A stretch of 60,000 bases of DNA from Felis catus. Taxonomy: Eukaryota. How positions within the stretch are numbered: the first letter of the stretch is position 1; every line of letters begins with the position of its first letter. Below, piece after piece: positions 12,737 to 22,380 of this stretch. The stretch is taken from positions 1,056,001 through 1,116,000 of the forward strand of contig NC_058369.1 of assembly GCF_018350175.1 (NCBI RefSeq), written 5' to 3'. The notes below the pieces were generated by a model. That model searched no databases, had not been told where the DNA came from, and worked only from the letters and a program-made list of their open reading frames with translations. A program made the translations under genes and the position numbers.

Positions 12737-13879
12737 AGAGGCTTTTCTAAGCTGCCCAGCAATCTCCAAACCTCACCCTCCTTCATGTTCAATCTTAAAG
12801 CCTGAAACAGCCCCATTAGAAGTGCTGTGCATTTCAGGTCGGCGGGAGACGGGGAGGGAAGAGGTGTGTCGGTTCTCACGGGAGCACCCGTTGTCCCCGA
12901 GAAATGAGCCACAGCACAGGGAACATTTATTTATTCTTGCAGACGTGTGTGGACATTGATCTGGCAGGCCATCTGGTTCAGACTGTTCCGGAACCAAAAA
13001 AAAAAAAAAAAAAAAAAGCCAGTTTGGTGTGTGGTCCCAGGGGACCAGGGGGCCCGGAGCTGGGAGCGGGGATCTCTCTGCCAGGATAGCCTGTGCCCAC
13101 ACTTGCACTTCCGAAGGTGATGGAGTCTCAGGGGTGAGGAGTTGGGTGGGGAGGCAGGACCGGCGGGCCCTCCACCTCCTGCAGCCCCGAGGGTACACGG
13201 CAGAGAAACTGAGATTCTGAGCTGCAGCCCCTGGAGGGAGGGAGCCCACGCTGGCGGCCCCCTCTTCGCTTCCGCCCGCTGGCCCCACCGCATTGACGGG
13301 AGGGGTCCACTTTGGAGCTCGGGCTTTGGGTCCTGCTCCAGCAGCCACGGGGCCCGGGGTGGCCTCCTGCAGCCTTCTCCCTGCTCCGAGCAGGGGTGTC
13401 CGACCTGCATAGCCCCCTTAGGTCCTCCCGGTTCCAGAGGATCCCGAGGGCACTTCAGGGAGGCGGAGTCTGGGCCTCGGCGACTCTTGGGGGAGGGGGT
13501 GCTTAGGTATCAGAGTCAGGGCTACGTCAATGTCAGCCTGCCACAGGGTCCCTCAGCTGACCGGGCCTGAGAGGACCGCCCTGGGAGGGAGGCACAGACC
13601 CTCCCTTCTGAGACCCGGGTTGCCCCAGCATGCCAGAGAGGTCCCGGGAGATCAGGACGCACCCCTAGGACCTAGTCATTAGCAGCTTCTTCCATCCAGT
13701 CTACACTGAGCCACAGCTCACCTGTGGCCTTTTCAGGTCTTTTCCCCACTGTCCCTGCTCTGGGGGTGGGGGGATGTCCATGCTCTGGGGCTTCCCTACT
13801 GTCCGGGCTCTCAGGGTGGGGGTTGGGGGTAGGAGCCCTGGGGGCTTCCACACTGTCCATGCTCTTGGGGGGGGTTCTG

Positions 13880-16800
13880 AGATCTAGGGGGGTCCAAGCC
13901 CTGGGGAAGAAGGGTTGGAGCCCTGGGGAATAGGGAACGGAGCCCTGGGGGGGTCTGAGCGGGGGGGGGGGGTTGTTAGAGCCCTGGGGGGGAGGGGTCC
14001 GAGCCTTGGGGGGGGATCCGAGCCCTGGGGGGAAGGTGTCCGAGCCCTGGGGGAGAGGGTTCTGAGCCCTGGGGAGTAGGGAACTGAGCCCTGGGGTGGG
14101 GGGCTCCGAGCGAGGGGGGGTGTCAGAGCCCTGGGGGGAGGGGTCCGAGCCCGGGTGGGAGGGGTCCGAGCGGGGGTGGGGGGGAGGAGGTGTCAGAGCC
14201 CTGGGGGGTAGGGAACCGAGCCCTGGGGGGAGGGTCCGAGCGGGGTGGGTGGGAGGGGGTGTTAGAGCCCTGGGGGGGGTCCGAGCAGGGTGGGGGGAGG
14301 GGTGTCAGAGCCCTGGGGGGTGAGGGGTCCGAGCGGGGCAGGGGGAGGAGGTGTCAGAGCCCTGGGGGGTAGGGAACCGAGCCCTGGGGGGGGGGGTCCG
14401 AGCGGGGTGGGTGGGAGGGGGTGTCAGAGCCCTGGGGGGTGAGGGGTCCGAGCCCTGGGAGGAGGGGACCGAGCCCTGAGGGGAAAGGGTCCGAGTGGGG
14501 GGGGGAGGAGGGGGTGTCAGAGCCCTGGGGATAGGAGTCCGAGGGGGTAGGGGGTGTCAGAGCCCTGGGGGGTGAGGGGTCCGAGCCCTCGCAGGGGGCG
14601 TCAGAGCCCTGGGGAGGGGTCCGAGCGGGGGGGGGGGGGAGGGGGTGTCAGAGCCCTGGCGGGAGGGGTCCGAGCCCGGGTGGGAGGGGTCCCAGCAGGG
14701 GTGGGGGGGAGGAGGTGTCAGACCCCTGGGGGTTGAGGGGTCCGACCCCTGGGGGGAGGGGTCCGAGCCTTGAGGGGGGTCCGAGCCCTGGGGGGTGAGG
14801 GGTCTGAGCTCTGGGGGGGTAGGGGTCCGAGCTCTGGGGGGTAGGGAACCGAGCCCTGGGGGGAGTCCGAGCGGGGTGGTGGGAGGGGGTGTCAGAGCCC
14901 TGGGGGGAGGGGTCCGAGCAGGGGTGGGGGGGAAGAGGTGTCAGACCCCTGGGGGGTGAGGGGTCCGAGCCCGGGTGGGAGGGGTCCGAGCAGGGGTGGG
15001 GGGGAAGAGGTGTCAGACCCCTGGGGGGTGAGGGGTCCGAGCCCTGGGGGGAGGGGTCCGAGCCTTGAGGGGGGTCCGAGCCCTGGGGGGTGAGGGGTCT
15101 GAGCTCTGGGGGGGTAGGGAACCGAGCCCTGGGGGGGGTCTGAGCGGGGGGGGGGGTGGGTGGGAGGGGGTGTCAGAGCCCTGGGGGGTAGGGGTCCGAG
15201 CTCTGGGGAAGAGGGGTCTGAGCCTTGGGGGGGTGAGGGGTCCGAGCCCTGGGGGATGGGTCCGAGCCTTGAGGGGGGTCCGAGCCCTGGGGGGAGGGGT
15301 CCGAGCAGGGGTGGGGGGGAAGAGGTGTCAGACCCCTGGGGGGTGAGGGGTCCGAGCCTGGGTGGGAGGGGTCCGAGCCTTGAGGGGGGTCCGAGCCCTG
15401 GGGGGTGAGGGGTCCGAGCCCTGGGGGGAGGGGTCCGAGCCTTGAGGGGGGTCCGAGCCCTGGGGGGTGAGGGGTCCGAGCCCTGGGGGGAGGGGTCCGA
15501 GCCTTGAGGGGGGTCCGAGCCCTGTGGGGTGAGGTGTCCGAGCTCTGGGGGGGGTAGGGGTCCGAGCCCTGGGGGGTAGGGAACCGAGCCCTGGGTGGGG
15601 TCCGAGCCCTGGGGGGAAAGAGTCCGAGCGGGGTGGTGGGAGGGGGTGTCAGAGCCCTAGGGGGTGAGGGGTCCGAGCTCTGGGGGGTAGGGAACCGAGC
15701 CCTGGGGAGGGGTCCGAGCCCTGGGGGGAAAGAGTCCGAGCGGGGGGGGGGTGTCAGAGCCCTAGGGGGTGAGGGGTCCTAGTCCTGGGGGGTAGGGAAC
15801 TGAGCCCTGGGGGGGTGGTCCAAGTGGGGTGGTTCGGAGGGGGTGTCAGAGCCCTGGGGGGTGAGGGGTCTGAGCCCTGGGTGGGGTCTGAGCGGGGTGG
15901 TGGGAGGGGGTGTCAGAGCCCTGGGGGGTGAGGGGTCTGAGCTCTGGAGGGGTAGGGAACCGAGCCCTGGGGGGGGTCTGAGCGGGGGGGGGGGGTGGGA
16001 AGGGGTGTCAGAACCCTGGGGGGAGGGGTCCGAGCCTTGAGGGGGGTCCGAGCCCTGGGGGGTGAGGGGTCTGAGCTCTGGGGGGGTAGGGAACCGAGCC
16101 CTGGGGGGGGTCTGAGCGGGGGGGGGGGGGTGGGAGGGGGTGTCAGAGCCCTGGGGGGTAGGGGTCCGAGCTCTGGGGGAGAGGGGTCTGAGCCTTGGGG
16201 GGGTGAGGGGTCCGAGCCCTGGGGGAGGGGTCCGAGCCTTGAGGGGGGTCCGAGCCCTGGGGGGTGAGGGGTCTGAGCTCTGGGGGGGTAGGGAACCGAG
16301 CTCTGGGGGAGAGGGGTCTGAGCCTTGGGGGGGTGAGGGGTCCGAGCCCTGGGGGGAGGGGTCCGAGCCTTGAGGGGGGTCCGAGCCCTGGGGGGTGAGG
16401 GGTCTGAGCTCTGGGGGGGTAGGGGTCCGAGCTCTGGGGGGTAGGGAACCGAGCCCTGGGGGGGGTCCGAGCGGGGTGGTGGGAGGGGGTGTCAGAGCCC
16501 TGGGGGGAGGGGTCCGAGCAGGGGTGGGGGGGAAGAGGTGTCAGACCCCTGGGGGGTGAGGGGTCCGAGCCCGGGTGGGAGGGGTCCGAGCAGGGGTGGG
16601 GGGGAAGAGGTGTCAGACCCCTGGGGGGTGAGGGGTCCGAGCCTGGGTGGGAGGGGTCTGAGCCTTGAGGGGGGTCCGAGCCCTGGGGGTGAGGGGTCCG
16701 AGCCTGGGTGGGAGGGGTCCGAGCCTTGAGGGGGGTCCGAGCCCTGGGGGGTGAGGGGTCCGAGCCTGGGTGGGAGGGGTCCGAGCCTTGAGGGGGGTCT

Positions 16801-17000
16801 GAGCCCTGGGGGGTGAGGGGTCTGAGCTCTGGGGGGTAGGGAACCGAGCCCTGGGGGGGGTCTGAGCGGGGGTGGGTGGGAGGGGGTGTCAGAGCCCTGG
16901 GGGGTAGGGGTCCGAGCTCTGGGGGAGAGGGGTCTGAGCCTTGGGGGGGTGAGGGGTCCGAGCCCTCGCGGGGGCGGGGGTCAGAGCCGGGTGGGGGGGG
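13880..17000. repeat. G-rich minisatellite, ~20-23 nt core GAGCCCTGGGGGGTGAGGGGTCC
   Basis: Continuous tandem variant units over ~3 kb, with higher-order duplicated blocks. Confidence 0.95.
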
Positions 17001-17090
17001 CGGGGACGAGGCCCGCGCGGCCCCCTCCCCTCCGAGCCGAGCTGACCCGCGTCCCCTGTCTGTCCCCGCCGCGCCGGCCCGCCAACACAG

Positions 17091-17383
17091 CGTGCAAACG
17101 CAAGGAGCAGGAGCAGCAGAAGGAGCGCGCGCTGCAGCCCAAGAAGCAGCGGCTGGTGTTCACCGACCTGCAGCGGCGCACGCTCATCGCCATCTTCAAG
17201 GAGAACAAGCGGCCGTCCAAGGAGATGCAGGTCACCATCTCGCAGCAGCTCGGCCTGGAGCTCAACACCGTCAGCAACTTCTTCATGAACGCGCGGCGCC
17301 GCTGCATGAACCGCTGGGCCGAGGAGCCGGGCGCCGCCCCCGCGGGCCCCGCCGGCGCCGCCGCCACCTTCTCCAAGGCCTGA
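17091..17383 (+). CDS. ONECUT3: ONECUT3 last coding exon (linker and atypical homeodomain, stop TGA)
   Basis: Acceptor acacag| at 17089-90. Translation (A)CKRKEQEQQKERALQPKKQRLVFTDLQRRTLIAIFKENKRPSKEMQVTISQQLGLELNTVSNFFMNARRR...ATFSKA* has the ONECUT F48/M50 signature. Adjacent to ATP8B3 and REXO1 as in human. Exon 1 (CUT domain) is upstream of the window. Confidence 0.96.
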
Positions 17384-17609
17384 GCCCCGGCGGGGGGGGG
17401 GGGTGGGGGGAGGGGCGGGGGGGGCGGCGCTGGAGGGGTGCCCCGCCCCGGGGAGGGGGGGACGCCGTGCACAAGAAGGGCCCCTCCCCCTCCAGGCCCG
17501 AGGGAGCCCGCCGCGCCCCCCCCCACCCGCCCCAGCGCCCCGAGGGCCGCGGAGGAAAACCAGGGCTCGCGGCGGCGTCCCCCAAAGCGGGTCAAGAAGC
17601 ACATACTAG

Positions 17610-17615
17610 AATAAA
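17610..17615 (+). terminator. Candidate proximal poly(A) signal of ONECUT3
   Basis: AATAAA ~230 nt after the stop; downstream GU element is weak. Confidence 0.35.
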
Positions 17616-18751
17616 CCGGGTATTGAACAGAAGGAATTCGAAGAATAAGCCCCCCCCTCCTTCCCCGGCCCCCGCCCCCCACGCGGGGAGGCCCGGCGGA
17701 GCCCCCCCCCTCCCCAGCCGTCCCCCCACCGACCCCGCCCCGGACCCCGCCCCTCCGAGTCGCCAAAAGCCCGTGGGGCTGGGTCCTCCCCGCCACCCCC
17801 CACCCGCACCGAGACCAGCCCCCCTCCGCCGGCAGAACCGCCCCCCCCAGCCGAGAACCCCGCTGCTCGCCCCACACCCCCTCCCGGCGGCCGGGGTTCC
17901 TTGTGCCAAGAATCGCCTGCCTTAACGTCTGGGGAGGGGTCGCAGCAGCGGGGGCCGCCGGCGCCCATGGGCGGGCGCCCTCCCCCACCCCGTCCCAGCC
18001 CGGAGGGGCCGCCGAGCTCAAACATGCGGGTACATTCCAGACGCCTCCCCTCCCGGCGCCCCACCCCCCGCCAGTTCACTTTACCCTTCGGCACCTTGAT
18101 GACACGCAGGGAGAGACAGACCCCGGGAAACAGGAAAAAAAAAAAACCAAACCGATTCCACGGAGGAGACACCCGCACGCACGGAATCCCCGCCGGGCGG
18201 CGCCGGGCCTGCAGGGGAGGCAGGGGGCGAGCCCGCGCTCGCGACTCTCTCTCCAAGGAGCTGAAGCCGATGCTGAGGAAGGTGGGGTCCTGCCTGCTCC
18301 TTTTTTTGCCAAAAAGAAAAAAAAATGACAGACAAGGGGGAAGGAAGGGTCAGAAATGAAGATGAGCCCCCCTCCCACCCCCAGCTCGTCTCTCTTCCCT
18401 TCCTGGTGACCTCCAAGGTGACCTCCAAGGCTGGCCGGCAGCTGGATCCCAAGAACCCCACTCCCCACGGTTCAAGACCTGGAGGCTAGAAGGAACCTCG
18501 CCCCCCAAACCCCGGCGCGCGTCCACTGCCTCCCAGGGAGGTAGTCACCCCCTCCCCCCTTGAGAATGCAAAAGACATTTCTAGTGAAATGCCCCCCCCC
18601 CCCCAGGTAAAGGCTACCTCACTCAAACGTTCTTGTCTGTGATTGGATAAATCACGCCTGATACCAAAGATTCCCCCCAAGGACCTGTGCTGGACGCTGA
18701 AATGCCCCGCCTGGGACCAGGTGTGCCCTCAGGTGCGCCCCGCTCCCTAGC

Positions 18752-18754
<3 letters not shown>

Positions 18755-18793
<39 letters not shown>

Positions 18794-18876
18794 TGAGACA
18801 AGGAGAGAGAGGGAGAGAGAGAGGGAGAGAGAGAGGGAGAGAGAGAGGGAGAGAGAGAGGGAGAGAGAGAGGGAGA
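18755..18876. repeat. (GA)n / (GGGAGAGAGAGA)n microsatellite
   Basis: Direct reading. Confidence 0.9.
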
Positions 18877-19090
18877 CAGGGAGAAGAGAAGAAGGAGGGA
18901 GAGAGGATACTGAGGTCGATGAGTGCCTTTTTCTGGAGCCAAAGATGTGTGTGAAATGTTCTCTTGTCCTTATCGACTCACTATTCTCCCGGCTTTTGAA
19001 GCAACTGATCTGAGTGATGCTTCTAGAACCTTTGGGTGTTGGGGCAGAATCCTGAGTCCTTGTCCCCGCTCAGCAACCGTCCCCCCAAAC

Positions 19091-19101
19091 GCACACACGC
19101 T

Positions 19102-19132
<31 letters not shown>

Positions 19133-19138
19133 GCACAC
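19091..19138. repeat. (CA)n microsatellite
   Basis: Direct reading. Confidence 0.9.
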
Positions 19139-19455
19139 CGCTGTCCTTTCTGTGGTGGCGCTGGGCACTGGAGTCTGGGTGGACGTGACCCCTTCCTTCT
19201 GTGCCCACTATCACCTGGGCCCCACTGGACAGACCTGCTGGCAGGGGACAGGGCTTCTCCCACCCTCTGTGCTGGGCAAGTCATTTGCTCAAGGATCAGA
19301 GGCCAGAGGTCTCTGTTTTGTCCCCTGTTGGAAAGTTAGGAACCGGCTTGGGACCATTCTGACTGTGGAACTTTCTCACTACGGTGACCTGTGGTCAGAT
19401 CGGGTCAAGTCCCACCAGCCCCGGGTCACAGAAGCAGCCCCAGATTCCAGGGTCC

Positions 19456-19459
<4 letters not shown>

Positions 19460-19496
<37 letters not shown>
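19460..19496. repeat. (CA)n microsatellite
   Basis: Direct reading. Confidence 0.9.
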
Positions 19497-19497
<1 letters not shown>

Positions 19498-21309
19498 AGC
19501 TCCGTAGTAGCCCCCCCCTCCAGCGGGCCCTCACCCCACCCTCCCCCTGACGCCCAGCTGTTGTCACCAAAGACCATTCTCCACGCAGGGAATGACGTAT
19601 CCAGCACAGCTCCTTCGAGCCTTTGACAATTTTCTCTGAAATACCTCAAAATATTTAATGTATAGTTTATGTGATAAAAAAAAAATCCTTAGCTAGTTTT
19701 TGGAATACGTGACTTGAAGCTTTATACCGTTAAATTATAATTTTGCAGACGATGGTATGTCGTTTCTTTGAAGAGTTCCGTGGGAGACATATTGAATGTC
19801 AGGGCAGTGAGAGCCGGGCGGTCAGAGGCCAAGGGCAAGGCGGCGAGCGCGGGAGGCGGAGAGCGCAGACCGGCGTTTACAGATTTCTTATTCAAACGAG
19901 TCCTTTAGGAAAGGCAGGAAGAGAGAAGGTGCACCTTCCTTCTCTCTGGTGTTTGTTTCTCGTTTTCTGGAGTCATGTCTTATAAGAGTATTTATTATTC
20001 TGTGTCCTGTGTTCAAATGTACTTTAAGAAAAAAAAAAAGGAAGAAAAATGAAAAAAAAAAAGACAGTGGAATTTGATTTGATGCATGACTACTGTGCTC
20101 GGGGTGGGGCGGGGGGTGGGGGGGCCGCTCAGGGCCCCAAGATTCCGTGTCGCATGGTTGTGTTTCGTGCCGAGTTCGGGTTCGGTCGGGGCTTCTTCGC
20201 GCTGCTCTGTGTTCGTTTTCCCCTTTCTAAGGATCTGTGTCCAGTGGCGGGAGGGGGACGAGGCCTCAGGGGGACGGGAAGGTGGAGGAGGCAGCGGGCC
20301 CCCAGACCCCCGTCTCCACCTCCCGCAGCCCACATGCCACCTGCCCGTGCCAGCCGAGGGGGGGTGTCCTGGGCCTCCTGCTCCTGGTTCTTGGGCGCAG
20401 GAGGGTGTCGCTGCCCCCTCCCCCAGCCCGGCTGGTTTCACGCTAGCATGAATTCCCAAGTGTCTTGTTCACAGGAGAGAGACAATCAGCCAATTAGAGT
20501 CTTGTCGCCCAGGGGGAGTGGGGCCGGGGTGTACCCCAACTTCTGATATCTGAAGGGCCCTCTCGAGACACCCGCTGCCCCCCAGGCAGGCCCCCAGCCG
20601 GACTCCTCCCACACCCTCAGCCTCCTCAGCCCCCTTCCCTCCGGCCTGAAATGGGGGGGTGCACATCTGTGGAGCCCTCCCTCCCAGCCCACGTCGGGAC
20701 CCTAGAGAACAGAGAGGCCCCCCCAAAAATCGTGAAAGTGGGCTCCGGGGCAGTACCCCTGCCTGTGACTCCACTTGGGCTGAGCTCACACCGGGGCAGA
20801 GCCCGCCTCCCAGGACAGCCGGGGAAGGGGGCTTGGGGTAGTGAAGGGAGGTTCACCCCAAGGACCCGAGGCCCCAGATCAGAGGGCAGGGGTGCGGCAC
20901 ACACAGTCCAGGGCTCCCCCTACCCAGCCCAGCGCCGGCTGGAACGTGGGCCATTTCCCAGAGTAAGCCACACCTGCCCCTCGGTCCGGCTCCCCACTGT
21001 GGTCCTGGCAGACAACCCCCCCCCCAGAGGGCTGGTTTTGGGGGGGCCTTCTCTTCAGCCAGGGGTGAGGGAGGACCAAGAGGCCGCTTGGCCCTGAGTG
21101 TTTAATCAAGACTGGACACTGGGGCGGCTTTGGGGGGGGGGCACCACCTACGTCATCCAAAGTTCCCCCCCCTCCCCGATGCTAGATGCTAGAGGGAACA
21201 GAAGCCCTGTCCCTCCCACCCTCAGGTGACAGGCTTAAAAGTTAAAAAAAAAAAAATCATCGTCATTGTTAACCACTGCTGTGCTGGATTTGTTGTTTTG
21301 TTTTTCTCC

Positions 21310-21315
21310 AATAAA
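21310..21315 (+). terminator. Distal poly(A) signal of ONECUT3
   Basis: AATAAA with upstream U-rich tract and downstream gtgtgtgtc. Confidence 0.7.
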
Positions 21316-21710
21316 TTATTTTGTACTCACTCACCTGGACGTGTGTGTCGGCGGCAGGGAGGGGAGGCGTGGGGCGCGGGGAGGGGAGGAAGTCTGTCTT
21401 TGGGCCGCCCCCCCCCCAGCTGCCCCGTGGGGACGCGCCCCGAAGCAGAGGGGAAGACACCTGCTTGGGGACGAGGCTGCCCGGGGCCGGACGCTCGCGG
21501 GTCCACGGAGCACCCCCAACCCCGAGGGCGTGGAAGCCCCCCCCCCACCCCCGCCCCGGGGCGGCGGCGGGGCTCCTCCTGCAAATCCCGCCTGGGCCAC
21601 TAGAGGTCGGTGTTCGGGGTTTTAGCGGGAAAGCCGGTCGCGGGATCGCGGACGCGACAGGCGCAGGAAAGGAACGAGCCTGGCGCAGCCCTGGGGAAGG
21701 TGGACCCTGG

Positions 21711-21716
21711 TTTATT
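21711..21716 (-). terminator. ATP8B3 poly(A) signal
   Basis: AATAAA on minus strand, ~80 nt after the stop. Confidence 0.75.
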
Positions 21717-21795
21717 AGCAACAGAAAGGGACGCGGAGCCTAGTCCCCCCGGGGAAGGCCGCGCAGGCCGGCGGGCGGGTGCGACGCGGGGCGGG

Positions 21796-22380
21796 TCACT
21801 GCTCCTCGGGGGTCGGGGGTCGGGGAGGGGCTGCCCCGCCGCCTCGGGCGCCACTGCGCCCTCCCCGGGCACCGGCAGTCACCCCACGGGGGACACCTTG
21901 CCCCCCTCGTCCGCGGGCTGCTGGGGGGGCGGGGGAGCCCCCGACGGCCCCGGCGCGCTCCCCCTGGACCACCGTGAGTCCTCCCGCTCCCCCCGCAACG
22001 TCTCCTGGGACGCCCCGGACCGCCAGCCCCCGCGGGGAGCCGGGGATCTGAGGACGGCGGGCTGCTCGTCCCCCGTCCCTCGAGGACACCTTGCCCCGGT
22101 GCTGGCGCCCCGTCTTCCCCAGGAACGACATCTTCCTGGAGCACCGGGGGGACTCCTGGATGCTCGGGGACAGTTCTTCGCGGCACGGGATTATCTGGCC
22201 CATCAGCATGTCGCTGTCGACCCCCGGCGCCCTGCGCAGAATCGTGCCCTGCGTGATGAGCTCCGCGTAGCCCTCGCGGTGGGAGAAGGCGTAGCTGGAG
22301 CGCCGCCTGCGCGACTCCCGGCGGAGGTAGGGCGCAGCTTCCACCGCTGTGATGTCCTCGCTCGGGGCCTCCTCCACCTC
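21796..22380 (-). CDS. ATP8B3: ATP8B3 terminal coding exon (RRSSYAFSH tail and long extension)
   Basis: Acceptor ggcag| at 22382-81; ORF runs to TGA at 21798-21796; exact stop is less certain (see findings). Confidence 0.8.
   Translation of the reverse strand, partial: EVEEAPSEDITAVEAAPYLRRESRRRRSSYAFSHREGYAELITQGTILRRAPGVDSDMLMGQIIPCREELSPSIQESPRCSRKMSFLGKTGRQHRGKVSSRDGGRAARRPQIPGSPRGLAVRGVPGDVAGGAGGLTVVQGERAGAVGGSPAPPAARGRGGQGVPRGVTAGARGGRSGARGGGAAPPRPPTPEEQ

Larger units (their letters stand above)
17384..21335 (+). other. ONECUT3: ONECUT3 3' UTR (long form)
   Basis: Follows the stop codon; AU-rich blocks at ~19640-20090; ends at AATAAA 21310-21315 preceded by a U-rich tract. Confidence 0.65.

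Noticed and set aside
11967..12959. Long ORFs on both strands (S/L/P-rich and G/R/E-rich)
   Set aside because: Translation of the CT microsatellite; stop codons are absent because of composition
14096..16729. Repeated small ORFs and a CRISPR-like periodic appearance
   Set aside because: Minisatellite with no unique spacers, in a eukaryotic context
16876..18021. 349 aa and 346 aa ORFs overlapping ONECUT3 exon 2
   Set aside because: Alternative-frame and antisense shadows of a very GC-rich exon; non-ATG starts and no recognisable domains
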